Source: Mobula hypostoma (Eukaryota). From it: DNA of 64,000 nucleotides. Below are positions 1 to 12,402 of the stretch, piece after piece. The translations under genes were made by a program, and so were the position numbers. The stretch covers positions 16,864,001-16,928,000 of the forward strand of contig NC_086108.1 in NCBI RefSeq assembly GCF_963921235.1. Direction: 5' to 3'. How positions within the stretch are numbered: position 1 is the stretch's first letter; every line of letters begins with the position of its first letter. The notes beneath the pieces are model-generated. The model was not told the origin of the DNA, ran no database searches, and worked only from the letters and a program-made list of their open reading frames with translations.

Positions 1-202
1 AGCGTGTGCCTTCAGGCTCCCATACCTCCTCCCTGATGGTGGTATCCATGTGGGAGCTCAGCAATACTGTGCTTGAATGGCACACAGAGCAAATGAGGTG
101 TTGGAGGAACAATTAGTACATACTCTTTGTCAAAAGACCCACAATACAAACAAGCGAACTAGACTCCACACTGAGCTTCCTTTGCTCACGAGTGTCAAGG
201 TA

Positions 203-408
203 CAGGGGCATGCAAAAGTTTGGGCACCCCGGTCAAAATTTCTGTTACTGTGAATAGCTAAGTGAGTAAAAGATGACCTGATTTCCAAAAGGCATAAAGT
301 TAAAGATGTCACAATTCTTTAATATTTCAAGCAAGATTACTTTTTTATTTCCATCTTTTACAGTTTCAAAATAACAAAAAAGGAAAAGGGCCCGAAGCAA
401 AACTTTGG
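203..408. repeat. Left long terminal inverted repeat of Tc1 with outer and inner direct repeats
   Basis: Imperfect reverse complement of 6943-7148. The GCAAAA(G/C)TTTGG motif occurs at both the outer and inner edges. Confidence 0.85.
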
Positions 409-412
409 ATGG

Positions 413-1428
413 TCAGTACTTAGTAACACCCCCTTTGGCAATTATCACAGCTTGTAAACATTTTCTGTAGCCAGCTAGGTGTCTTTCAATTCTTGTTTGG
501 GGGATTTTCACCATTCTTCCTTGCAAAAGGCTTCTAGTTCTGTGAGATCCTTGGGTTGTCTTGCATACATTGCTCTTTTGAGGTCTATCCACAGATTTTC
601 AGTGGTCAGGGGACTGTGAGGGCCATGGCAAAACCTTCAGTTTGCGTCTCTTCAGGTAGTCCATTGTGGATTTTGAGGTGTGTTTATGATCATTATCCTA
701 TTGTAGAAGCCATCCTCTTTTCATCTTCAGCTTTTTTTTTACAGATGGTGTGATGTTAGCTTCCAGAATTTGCTGGTATTTAATTGAATTCATTCTTCCC
801 TCTACCAGTGAAATATTCCCCATGCCACTGCCTGCAACACAAACCCAAAGCATGACCGATCCACCCCCATGCTTAACAGTTGGAGAGCTGTTCTTTTCAT
901 GAAATTCTGCACCCTTTTTTCTCCAAACATACCTTTGCTCATTGCAGCCAAAAAGTTCTATTTTAACTTCATCAGTCCACAGGACTTGGTTCCAAAATGC
1001 ATCAGGCTTATTTAGCTGATCCTTTGCAAACTTCTGACGCTGAATTTTGTGGTGAGGACGCAGGAAAGATTTTCTTCTGATGACTCTTCCATGAAGTTCA
1101 TATTTGTGCAGGTGTCGCTGCACAGTAGCACAGTGCACCAGCACTCCAGAGTCTGCTAAATCTTCCTAAAGGTCTTTTGCAGTCAAACGAGGGTTTTGAT
1201 TTGCCTTTCTAGCAATCCTAACAGCAGTTCTCTCAGAAAGTTTTCTTGGTCTTCCAGCCTCAACTTGACCTCCACCGTTCCTATAAACTGCTATTTCTTA
1301 ATTACATTACGAACTAAGGAAACAGCTACCTGAAAACGCTTTGCTATTTTCTTAGAGCCTTCTCCTGCTTTGTGAGCATCATTTATTTTAATCTTCAGAG
1401 TGCTAGGCAGCTGCTTAGAGGAGCCCAT
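413..1428 (-). pseudogene. Tc1 DDE transposase pseudogene
   Basis: Starts MGSSKQLPSTLKIKI...KKIAKRFQVAV (HTH). ORF 698-1144 has WTDE and KHGGGSVMLW. Then LLQ*DND, a WPSQSPD region with a small deletion, and the end AKGGVTKY*. In-frame stops and frameshifts are present. Confidence 0.9.
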
Positions 1429-1576
1429 GGCTGCTGATTATTGGGACAAGGTTTCTGTCTGTCTGTCTGTCTGTATCTTGTTTTACGGCAGTTGGCATCC
1501 AGCTTAGTGGTGCATTACCGCCACCCTCTGCTCCAGAATGTGCACTATACATACATTCTAAATCCCTTCACCCAAT

Positions 1577-1604
<28 letters not shown>
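1577..1604. repeat. (CA)n microsatellite in the LINE 3' UTR
   Basis: Direct reading of about 14 CA units. Confidence 0.95.
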
Positions 1605-1607
<3 letters not shown>

Positions 1608-1662
1608 CTACACTTCACCCTCCCATCTTTGACCATCCTAGTATCCTATTCCTGTTTATTCG

Positions 1663-4600
1663 TCATATTCTATAAAAAACCCCTGTACCCCTTAAAAACG
1701 CTAAAAATACCCGGACTTGTGCTCTCTCACCCATGCCCAGCAACCCTTTTAATGTGAATTCCTGCATCCCCAACTCCCTTAATTTATTTCTCATCATCTC
1801 TCTCTGTATCCCATACTTCCTGCAACACAAAACTACATGTTCTACTGACTCCTCTTCCTGACATTCCTCACACAATCCTGTCTGGTATTTCCCTATCATT
1901 TTCAATGTTTTGTTTAATGCACAATGCCCCAGCCTTAACCTAGTCCACACAATTTCCTCTCTTCTGTTTCCATTACCTACCCTAGTAACTGCAACACTCT
2001 TTTGTATTTGATATAAATGCCTCCCTTTCCCCTCCCTGTCCCATCTTTCTTGCCACATTCGGTTGACTTTTTCCCAGATTACACACTTAACCTCTGCTTT
2101 ACTGATACTAATGTGCATTTCCACATTTTCTTTCTTTAACGCCCTCTTTGCCAACTCATCCACCCTCTCATTCCCCTTCACCCCTACATGTGCTGGAACC
2201 CATAGAAATTTTACCTGACCTCCCTGATTTGCAATTCTTGTAACTAACTGAAGGACTTCATAAAGTACATCTTGCCGACTGTTTGTGTGAAAAGACCTTA
2301 AACTTGCTAGAACTGAGGATGAATCTGAACATATCAATGCTTTGGATGGTCTGGCTTTCTGCACCCATTGCAACGCAACCAACACTGCCAGCATCTCCAC
2401 TGTAAACACCCCTAACTTATTAGATGTTCTTCTGCTGATTCCAATTTCTTTTGCTGGTATAACCACCCCAAACCCTGTCACTCCTGTTTCAGGTTCCTTC
2501 GCACCATCCGTATAAATGTGAGTATAATCACTATACTTTTCCATCACATGACAGTTAAATGCATTTACTAAATCTGTTTTATATCTTTCTTTCCTTTTTA
2601 CCTCTAACAAATGCCAGTCTATGTCAGGCCATACAAGCTTCCATGGAGCTACAACCGGATAAACTACTGAAGGACTTATCCTCAGATCAAACAGTCCACA
2701 TTCTTTCGCGATATCATTCCCTACCCGACTAAAGGTATCCCCTCTGAAACCTCCCATTTTCCCAGCACTCCTGCAACACTCCTTTAGTAGGGTGAGAATC
2801 ATTGTGCCCCTGCAAGTTAGCCCAGTAGTTTGCCATCAGTTGCATCCTTCTTAGTTCCAAAGGCATTATTCCCATTTCTACCTGTAGGGCTGACACTGGT
2901 GACGTTTTAAAAGCCCCACTGCACACTCTCAAGGCCTGAGCCTGAATCGCATCCAGTTTCCTTATTAGAGACCTAGCTGCTGATCCATATACTATATTTC
3001 CATAATACAATACAGATCTTACTAAAGCCACATACATTCTCTTCAAAGCTGAACAACTTGCTCCCCATTCCCTACCAGTCAAACATCTCATCACATTTAT
3101 TACTTTTTTACATTTCTCCTCAACTTTCCTGATATGGTCTGCCCATGTTAATTGTGAATCAGATATAACTCCCAGAAATTTAAATGATGCAACCCTTTCT
3201 AATTCAACCCCATACATCCTTAACTTCTTCCTTACCTCAACCCTTTTCCTGGTAAAAAATACAGTTTGAGTTTTATCTACTGAAAATCTACATCCCCAAT
3301 CATAACCCCACTCCACCACTTCATCAATTGCTTCTTGTAGTTTCCTGATTATATAGTCCATGTTCCTGCCTCTTTTCCACAAGGCCCCATCATCCGCAAA
3401 CAGTGACCTACCTATATCCACTGGTACCTTTGTGAAGACATCATTGATCATAATCATGAAAAGTAATGGGCTAATCACACTACCTTGAGGTGTGCCATTT
3501 TCCACCATGTACTGTTTTGATAATTCTGATCCAATCCGAACTTGAATTTTTCTACCAAACAAAAAATCTTTAATCCAATTAAAAACTCTTCCACCAACCC
3601 CCATCTTGTGCAGTTTAATTAATAATCCTTCCTTCCACATCATATCATAGGCTTTTTCAATGTCAAAGAACACTGCCACTACTGACTCTCTATTTGCCTG
3701 GGCCTTCCTTATTTCAGTCTCTAACGTAATCACTGAGTCCATGGAATTCCTTCCCTTTCTAAAACCACTCTGATAACTTGCCAGCATTCCCCTTTTCTCA
3801 AGCTCATATATAACCTTTCTGTTATCATCCTTTCCATTATCTTACATATACTTGATGTTAATGCAATTGGTCTGTAGCTAGTGGGTTTTGACAGATCCTT
3901 GCCAGGCTTCCTTATTGGAATTACTACTGCTTCTTTCCATGCACTTGGTAATCTTCCCTCCTCCCACACTCTGTTATAAAAATGCAGCAACTTCAAGAGT
4001 GCTCCTTCTCCTAGATTTTTTAGCATCACAGAGCATATCAGATCTTTCCCTGGGGAGGTTGGTCTCGATCTCTTCATTGCTCTCACCATTTCTGCTAATG
4101 TAAATGGATCATCAATTATATCATCTGTTCCTTCCCTCCTGCTTAACACACCTGGGTGTTGGCTCATTATTCTTTCCCTTCTTCTTCTCCCTTCTTCAGA
4201 CAAATTTTCTGAACTGTGTATCAGTACAAATGACTTGGCCATGACCTCAGCCTTATCCCTACTGGAGACTGCAGTTTCCTACTCAGATATCATTACCGGA
4301 TATTCCCATTCCCTTCTATCTCCTCCCATCCTCTTAATCATTCCCCATATCTCTCCCACAGGTGTTGTTCTTCCTACCTTGTTGCAAAAACTCCTCCAAC
4401 TTGCCCTTTTAGCTTGACGTATAGTTCTTCTCACCACTGCCTGTGCTTTCTTATATTGAACCAAATGCTGCATATTATGGGTTCTTTTAACTAGCCTGAA
4501 TGCTCTATTTCTGTTTTTTACAGCCTGACAACATTCCTCTGTCCACCATGGTATCAGTTTTCTATTCATCCTATTTTTACTCCTAGGTATAGATCCTTCT

Positions 4601-5409
4601 GCTGCCATGATAATTGCTGAAGTCACCTGTTTAATTCATCTAAATTTCCAGAAATATCAATCTTTGTCAACCCTTCTTCACTCAACTTCTGGAACTTACC
4701 CCGATCAGCTTTTTCAAACACCCACTTTGGGGTTCCACCACCTGGTCTTACTTCAACTCTTTCACCCACTGAACACAAAACTGGGTAGTGATCACTGCCT
4801 ACTGTTGAAGCAGTCCAAACTCCCCAGTTACTAATGCCAGCCAAGGTATTAGACACTAACGTAATATCTAACACTGACTCAGTTCCTGTTGTTATATCTA
4901 TTCTTGTGCCGCTACCATCATTCATACACACCAAATCCCTTTCTTCCATCAAATCTTCAATTACCTTTCCATTTGGATCTGTAATCTGATCCCCCCATAT
5001 TGTGCTATGAGCATTGAAATCTGCACACCACACTACTTTATGTCTGTTTTGTCTTTGTATCTTTAATAGGCTGTCCAAATCCAACCTTTTACATGGATTG
5101 TAGTAGTTAATTATAACCCTCCCCTCTCTCCCACACTTCCACCACTATGTATTCCTGATCATCTCCTTTCTCCAGTACCCTATATGGTATACCTTGCTTG
5201 ATTAACATAGCACAACCCCCTCCTCCCCCTAGATTTCTATCTTTCCTTATCATTGTATACCCATATACCACAAAGTCTAAAGTTGGTTTCAACCAAGTTT
5301 CCTGAATACACACTACATCCGGTTTTACAACCATTTCTTTAATAAAGTGCTTGAATTCCTGGCTATTGGCCAGTAAGCTCCTTGCATTCCATTGTAAAAG
5401 AATCACCAT
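1663..5409 (-). pseudogene. LINE ORF2 (APE endonuclease, RT, RNase H, C-terminal CCHC), disrupted
   Basis: Motifs QWNARS, CIQETW, DFNAH, GSDHYP, YRPIALTS, PQGSVISP, LFADD, YTDG, WVPAHVGVKGNERVD and CEEC..HVVLCC are split over six ORF pieces. Confidence 0.92.
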
Positions 5410-5417
5410 AATTAGTA

Positions 5418-6737
5418 TTAATCAACACATGACACTTCCTGGCTTGACTGATTATTGAGGTTCTCCCTCACTTCCTCCCATGTCAGTAATACTAACCCTA
5501 AATGGTTTACTGCTGCTTTTACCACCAGCTGAATTTTGTCACTTTTTGACTTTACCTCAGCAGTACTATTAATCACTCCTGCAATGAATGTTACTAGAGC
5601 CTTTTTGTCTACATAAATCCTGTCATTTGTTCTTTGTTGCATCTCTCGTATTCCTATTGCTCCCTGTTCATTAGGAACATTATTCTGTTCTCTTGACATT
5701 CTTACAGCTTCTGCATAAGTGATCTTTCTTTTCACTCTTATTTCTTGAATTTTAGTCTCCCGTCTCACAACCTCACACCCACTATATGCAACATTATGAG
5801 CTCCTCCACAATTGCAGCATTTTGGTTGAACTCCTGTTCCGCACTTTCCATATTCATGATCACCCCCACATCTAGCACATCTCCTCTGCCTTTTACAGTT
5901 TTTAGCCACGTGTCCAAACCTTTGACAATTATAGCACCTCAATGGCTTTGGCACATACACCCTTACTGGGTAACTCATGAAACCCAGGAACACCTTCCTT
6001 GGCACTCTTTCTTCTTCAATTTCAATCAATACAGATTCACTTTCCTTTTTCACTCCCTCCTTTGTTGTTTTCAGTCTTTGAACATTCATTACTTTCCCTC
6101 CTTTGATATTCCTCTTTATCTCCTCCATATTTATACTCATTGGTATCCCCGTGATCACTCCTTTACAACCACTGTTTTGTGCTCCCACCCTCCCAGTGTA
6201 TTCCACCTTGCATTTTCCTATCTCTTTTAGCTTGAGTGCTTTCTCAAGTTGTTCCTCATTCGCACATCTTACCAATAAGTTGCCATCATTAAGGACTTTT
6301 GCAAATACTATTTCCCCTATCTTATTTGTCAGAGTTGTTGTTAGCACAAACGGGTTAATTTTCTTCATATGTCCCTGAGCCTTCTCATTAAACCTAGTTA
6401 TGACAACACCTCCTCTCTGAGCTTGTTCATCTTCCTCACTTTCAGAGCTTTCTCCACTATCATTGCTTATTCTTTTATTCCCTTTGTCTTGGTTTTTATT
6501 CATCCAACCCCTCACTACCTCCTCATTCCCTTTATTTCTCCCTTCACAATAATCCACCTCTCCCCAGCTGCCTACCTCTGGTCCCAAGTCTCTATCCCTC
6601 TCCTTCTCCACTTTCTTTCCCTCAACCCCGCCTCTTATCTTGTCCACCATTACCGGACCCACATGACCCCCTCCCAGCAATTTCCGTTCCTTCCCCACTC
6701 TCTTTCCCTCAACAGGTTCCAAAACACACTCACACAT
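5418..6737 (-). CDS. LINE ORF1, gag-like nucleic-acid-binding protein
   Basis: Uninterrupted frame with three knuckles (CYNCQRFGHVAKNC, CARCGGDHEYGKC, CCNCGGAHNVAYSGC). The start codon is uncertain (ATG at 6737 or 6650). Confidence 0.85.
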   Translation of the reverse strand: MCECVLEPVEGKRVGKERKLLGGGHVGPVMVDKIRGGVEGKKVEKERDRDLGPEVGSWGEVDYCEGRNKGNEEVVRGWMNKNQDKGNKRISNDSGESSESEEDEQAQRGGVVITRFNEKAQGHMKKINPFVLTTTLTNKIGEIVFAKVLNDGNLLVRCANEEQLEKALKLKEIGKCKVEYTGRVGAQNSGCKGVITGIPMSINMEEIKRNIKGGKVMNVQRLKTTKEGVKKESESVLIEIEEERVPRKVFLGFMSYPVRVYVPKPLRCYNCQRFGHVAKNCKRQRRCARCGGDHEYGKCGTGVQPKCCNCGGAHNVAYSGCEVVRRETKIQEIRVKRKITYAEAVRMSREQNNVPNEQGAIGIREMQQRTNDRIYVDKKALVTFIAGVINSTAEVKSKSDKIQLVVKAAVNHLGLVLLTWEEVRENLNNQSSQEVSCVD

Positions 6738-6942
6738 CAAGCAAAACACAGCCAGCTTCCAGCAGCAGCCCACACTCAATCTGGCCTGGGACAAGGTTTG
6801 AGAAGTCAGGGTATTTATAAAGCTTTGAAATTTGCATCACCTGGCCTTTCCTAATGATGACTGTGAAAAGCCATAGCCCTAACAAGCTAATTAAGGTCTG
6901 AGACCTCGGTGGAAGTTATCTGAGAGCTCAAATCTCTTGGCC

Positions 6943-7148
6943 TGCCCAAACTTTTGCATGGTGCTCCTTTTTTTCCACTCTAAAATTGTATAAAAGAAAA
7001 ATAATACACTAATCTTGCTTAAAATGTTGAAAAGAATGTTTCATCCTTAACTTTATAACTTTTGGAGATCAGTTCATTTCCTACTCCCTTAACTATTCAC
7101 AGTAACAGAAATTTTGACCAGGGGTGCCCAAACTTTTGCATGCCACTG
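6943..7148. repeat. Right long terminal inverted repeat of Tc1
   Basis: TGCCCAAACTTTTGCATG occurs twice (6943 and ~7125), giving the IR/DR layout. Confidence 0.85.
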
Positions 7149-7374
7149 TACATTCACAATACAATGGCAATGTGCTCAAAGGCAGACAGCAATAGAACTA
7201 CACTTCATTAATAACGCTGACACCTTCAGTAAAAGACTGGTGAAAAAAAAATGAAATAGTCATATTCTCTGAGGTTAATGGTATCCATGTAAAACATACT
7301 CATCAAATTTCCATTTGTGCTTTATTAAAAACAACATTATTAATTCACTTACAGTAACAGAAAATGAGACAAAC

Positions 7375-7471
7375 CTTGATCAGTAAAGCAAGTCCACACA
7401 GTTGTTTATCATTTTCTGACATGGAACTTGAAATCGAACACATGTTATCAAATAATACTTTGGGAAAAGAA
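7375..7471 (-). CDS. Candidate internal exon of unidentified host gene (97 nt, xSFPKVLFDNMCSISSSMSENDKQLCGLALLIK)
   Basis: Acceptor ttgtttcaactttccactatttgcag, donor AAG|gtttgt, open frame. Phase-compatible with the 16791-16847 exon. Confidence 0.6.
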
Positions 7472-8228
7472 CTGCAAATAGTGGAAAGTTGAAACAAGAC
7501 AGAGAAAGCCAGTCTCAGTCACCAAGTAAAGCCAAGTCTATGGGAGAAAATCAAGAGCCAAAGTCTGTTCATCAGTGCAAATAAATTGTAGGTGCTATAC
7601 ATTGGAAACTAGAACAGAAAATACTGAAGGACTCCCAATGAATTCTGTTATGTGATGCAACTTGACCTCTTGAATGGTTCCAGAATTTTCTGTTCTGGTG
7701 ATCTGAAGTTTGAGTTCTCAAGGTGTCAAAGATTGATGAGAATGCTATTGTCCAAAGAAATAGACAATTACGATCAAAGAGACTGAGAAACTCTGCAAAA
7801 AGTTTCTCCCCAAACTACTCTGACAATAGCTTTTATCACAGGAGAGGTGATCATAACATAGATGTGCTCCAATCCAAGAAGCCTGCTGGTATCTGTAACA
7901 CTTACCCAGAACCTTAAGAACCTAATCCTGAGGGAAAATTTGGTTTGTTTGATCTACCTCTAAATCAGTGCAGAAGGAATAATACCAGAAGTCGAGCATT
8001 ATTCCCAGACAACTGCTAAACTAAAAACAGGAAAACAAGTCACCAATCCCAAGAATTAACATCCAATAGTTTTTCTGTCTGCAAATTAAGTAGCTCGCCC
8101 TGAACCAGATAAAAAAAACCCCAGAAACTGCTTTCATAAGGAAATCTGCACATGCTGGAATTTCAAGCAACACACATTAAAGTTGTTGGTGAACACAGCA
8201 GGCCAGGCAGCATCTCTAGGAAGAGGTA

Positions 8229-8266
8229 CAGTCGACGTTTCGGGCTGAGACCCTTCGTCAGGACTA
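8229..8266 (-). ncRNA. Minimal type I hammerhead ribozyme in PLE pLTR
   Basis: Minus strand reads TAGTC-CTGACGA-AGGGTCTCAGCCC-GAAA-CG-TC^GACTG: conserved core, helix II, and helix I pairing AGTC/GACT. Confidence 0.8.
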
Positions 8267-10426
8267 ACTGAAAGAAGAGCTAGTAAGAGATTTGAAAGTG
8301 GGAGGGGGAGGGGGAGGGGGAGATCCAAAATGATAGGAGAAGACAGGAGGGGGAGGGATGGAGCCAAGAGCTGGACAGGTGATTGGCAAAAGGGACATGA
8401 GAGGATCATGGGACAGGAGGCCTAGGGAGAAAGAAAAGGGGGAGCAGGGAAAGACCAGAGGATGGGCAAGGGGTACAGTGTGGGGGGACAGAGGGAGAAA
8501 AAGAGAGAGAAAAAGAATGTGTGTATATAAATAAATAACAGATGGGGTACAAGGGGGAGGTGGGGCATTAGCAGAAGTTTGAGAAGTCAATGTTCATGTC
8601 ATCAGGTTGGAGGCTACCCAGACGGAATATAAGGTGGTGTTCCTCCAACCTGAGTGTGGCTTCATCTTTACAGTAGAGGAGGCCGTGGATAGACATGTCA
8701 GAATGGGAATGGGGCGTGGAATTAAAATGTGTGGCCACTGGAAGATCCTGCTTTCTCTGGCGGACAGAGCATAGGTGTTCAGCGAAATGATCTCCCAGTC
8801 TGTGTTGGGTCTCGCCAATATCTAGAAGGGCACATTGGGAGCACAGTACACAGTATATCACCCCAGCTGACTCACAGGTGAAGTGTCGCCTCACCTGGAA
8901 GGACTGTCTGGGGCCCTGAACGGTGGTAAGGGAGGAAGTGTAAGGGCATGTATAGCACTTGTTCTGCTTACAAGGATAAGTGCCAAGAGGGAGATTGGTG
9001 GGGAAGGATGGAGGGGAGGAATGGACAAGGGAGTCGCGTAGGAAGCGATTCCTGCGGAAAGCAGAGGGGGGGAGGGAAAGATGTGCTTAGTGGTGCACGC
9101 ACGCTAAGCTCGTTGACTTCATTAACTGTGCCTCCAACTTTCACCCTGCCCTCAAGTTTACCTGGTCCATTTACGACACCTCCCTCCCCTTTCTAGATCT
9201 TTCTGTCTCTATCTCTGGAGACAGCTTATCTGCTGATGTCTACTATAAGCCTACTGACTCTCACAGCTATCTGGACTATTCCCCTTCTCACCCTATCGCT
9301 TGCAAAAATGCCATCCACTTCTCGCAATTCTTCCGTCTCCGCCACATCTGCTCTCAGGATGAGGCTTTTCATTCCAGGACGAAGGAGATGTCCTCCTTTT
9401 TTAAAGAAAGGGGCTTCCCTTCCTCCACCATCAACTCTGCTCTCAAACGCATCTCCCCCATTTGACGCACATCTGCCCTCACTCCATCTTCCCACCACCC
9501 CACTAGGAATAGGGTTCCCCTTGTCCTCACTTACCACCCCACCAGCCTCCGGATCCAACATATATTTCTCCATAACTTCCACCAACGGGATCCCACCACT
9601 AAGCACATCTTTCCCTCCCCCCCCCCCCCCCGGCTCTCTGCATTTTGCAGGGATCGCTCCCTACTCAACTCCCTTGTCCATTCATCCCCCCCATCCCTCC
9701 CCACCAATCTCCCTTCTGGCACTTATCCTTGTAAGCAGAACAAGTGCTACACATGCCCTTACACTGCCTCCCTCACTACCATTCAGGGCCCCAGACAGAC
9801 CTTCCAGGTGAAGCAACTCTTCACCTGTGAGTCGGCAGAGGTGATATACTGCGTCCGGTATTACTGATGTGGCCTTCTATATATTGGCGAGACCCGACAC
9901 AGACTGGGAGATCGTTTCGCTGAACGTCTATGCTCTGTCCGTCAGAGAAAGCAGGACCTCCCAGTGGCCACACATTTTAATTTCACATCCCATTCCCATT
10001 CTGATATGTCTATCCATGGCCTCCTCTACCGTAAAGATGAAGCCACACTCAGGTTGGAGGAACAACACCTTATATTCCGTCTGGGTAGTCTCCAACCTGA
10101 TGGCGTGAACATTAACTTCTCAAACTTCCACTAATGCCCCACTTCCCCCTCGTACCCCATCCGTTATTTATTTATACACACATTCTTTTTCTCTCTCTTT
10201 TTCTCCCTCTGTCCCCCTCACTATACCCCTTGCCCATCCTCTGGTCTTTACCCCTCCCCCTTTTCTTTCTCCCTCGGCCTCCTGTCCCATGATCCTCTCA
10301 TGTCCCTTTTGCCAATCACCTGTCCAGCTCTTGGCTCCATCCCTCCCCCTCCTGTCTTCTCCTTATCATTTTGGATCTCCCCCTCCCCCTCCCACTTTCA
10401 AATCTCTTACTAGCTCTTCTTTCAGT

Positions 10427-10464
10427 TAGTCCTGACGAAGGGTCTCGGCCCGAAACGTCGACTG
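10427..10464 (+). ncRNA. Minimal type I hammerhead ribozyme in PLE pLTR
   Basis: TAGTC-CTGACGA-AGGGTCTCGGCCC-GAAA-CG-TC^GACTG. Confidence 0.8.
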
Positions 10465-10672
10465 TACCTCTTCCTAGAGATGCTGCCTGGCCTGCTGCGT
10501 TCACCAGCATTTTTTGTGTGTGTTGCTCAGAAACTGCTTTATTACATTATCAGAGAGAAAAATTGTTGACCCAACCAGTGCTTTATACTATCAACACAAA
10601 GTCAGGATGTCAGAGAGAGATGCAAATAGGAGCTGCTTTCATAGCTATATCATTGACATTTGACAGCCCTTT

Positions 10673-11428
10673 ATAAGACCATAAGAGATGAGAGTAGAAT
10701 TAGGCCATCTGGCCCATCAAGTCTGCTCTGCCATTCAATCATGGCTGATCCTTTTCTTTTTATCTCCTCCTCAACCTGAGTTCCCCGCCTTCTCCCTGTA
10801 ATCTTTGATGCCATGTCCAATGAAGAAGTTATCAATCTCTGCCCTAATTACACCCAGTGTCCTGGCCTCCACAGCTGAACGTGGCAACAAATTCCACAAG
10901 TTTACCACCCTTTGGCTAAAGGAATTTCTCCACATCTCCGTTTTGAAAGGGCGCCCCTCTATCCTCAGGCTATGCCCTCTTGTCCTAGACTCTCCCACCA
11001 TGGGAAACATCCTTTCCACATCTACTCTGTCTGGACCTTTCAACATTCAAAAGGTTTCAATGAGATCCCCCCAACCCCCCCTCATCCTTCTGAATTCCAG
11101 TGAGTACAGACCCAGAGCAATCAAATGTTCCTCGAGTGATAACCCTTTCATTCCTGGTATCATTCTTGTGTACCTCCTCTGGATCCTCTCCAATGCCAGC
11201 ACATCTTTTCTAAGATGAGGGGCCCAAACTGTTCACAATACTCAAGGTGAGGTCTCACTAGTGCCTTATAAAGCCCCCAGCAACACATCCTTGCTCTTGT
11301 ATTCTAGACCTCTTGAAATGAATGCTAACATGGCATTTGCCTTCCTCACCACCAACTCGATCTACAAGTTAACCTTTAGGGTGTTCTCTACAAGGATACC
11401 CAAGTCCCTTTGCATCTCAGATTTTAGA
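10673..11428 (-). mobile_element. CR1 LINE 3' fragment
   Basis: ORF2 C-terminal peptide (FPMVGESRTRGHSLRI..FSQRVVNLWN) and (TCTTATGG)n-type tail. Confidence 0.88.
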
Positions 11429-11644
11429 ATGTTGACAAAATCAACACAGTTTGCCCAATTTCCCTAAAAGTTCATCTACATTGACAATATTACACTGCTG
11501 ACAAGAACATCAATGTCACAGAAGACAAACAAGATGCTCACAAAGCAACTATCCATTACTGTAATGCAATGAGACAAAGTCGATATTCTATCTAAGCAAG
11601 CAGATGCTGGGGAAGGTGTGCTTCCGCCTGAGCCTTACCTCAGA

Positions 11645-12402
11645 TATTTAGATGGGGAAAGAATTCAAAATGCAGAGATGCAAGGGGACTTTGCAGTGCT
11701 TGTGCAGGATACCCTGAAGGTTAACCTCCAGGTTGAGCCAGTTGTGAAGAAGACAAATGCAATGTTGGCATTCATTTCTAGAGGTATAGAATATAAGAGC
11801 AGGAACGTGATGTTGAGGCTCTATAAGGTACTCCTGAGACCACGCTTGGAGCATTGTGTGCAGTTTTGGGCTCCTTATTTTAGAAAGGATACACTGACAT
11901 TGGAGAATGTTCAGAGAAGATTCACGCGAATGATTCCAGGAATGAAAGGGTTATCGTATGAGGAACGTCTGGCAGCTCTTGGGCTGTATTCCCTGGAGTT
12001 CAGGAGAGTGAGGGGGGATCTCATAGAAACATTCTGAATGTTAAAAGGCCTGCACAGATTAGATATGGCAAAGTTATTTCCCATGGTAGGGGAGTCCAGG
12101 ACAAGAGAACACGACTTCAGTATTGAAGGACTTCCATTTAGAACAGAGATGCAGAGAAATTACTTCAGTCAGAGGGCGGTAAATCTGTGGAATTTGTTGC
12201 CACGAGCAGCTGTGGAGGCCAAGTCATTGGGTGCATTTAAAGAAGAGATAGATAGGTTCTTGATTAGCCAGGGCATCAAAGGGTATCGGGTGAAGACAGG
12301 GGAGTGGGGATGACTGGAAGAATTTGATCAGCCCCTGATTGAATGGCACAGCAGACTCGATGGGCAAAGAGCCTACTTCTGCTCCTATGTCTTGTGGTCT
12401 TA
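11645..12402 (+). mobile_element. CR1 LINE 3' fragment
   Basis: LYKVLLRPRLEHCVQFWAP..RGDLIETF, followed by a CR1 3' UTR. Confidence 0.88.

Larger units (their letters stand above)
1455..6786 (-). mobile_element. Full-length Nimb/I-group LINE
   Basis: 13-bp TSD TGGGACAAGGTTT at 1442-1454 and 6787-6799. (ACAG)n 3' tail and 3' motif GGTGGCGGTAATGCACC. ORF1 has CCHC knuckles and ORF2 has APE, RT and RNase H. Confidence 0.93.
203..7148 (-). mobile_element. Tc1-family DNA transposon (IR/DR type), interrupted by a LINE
   Basis: TA at 201-202 and 7149-7150. The ends CAGGGGCATGCAAAAGTTTGGGCACCCC and GGGGTGCCCAAACTTTTGCATGCCACTG are near-perfect reverse complements. A transposase remnant lies inside. 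Confidence 0.95.
8135..10527. mobile_element. Penelope-like element, inverted (foldback) insertion: minus arm 8135-9095, plus arm 9094-10527
   Basis: 13-bp TSD CAGAAACTGCTTT at 8122-8134 and 10528-10540. GIY-YIG and RT-thumb remnants in both orientations, and a pLTR at both ends. Only the left end carries the ~30-nt tail. Confidence 0.92.

Noticed and set aside
5745..6854. Plus-strand ORFs of 161, 91 and 161 aa
   Set aside because: Antisense shadows of the purine-rich LINE ORF1.
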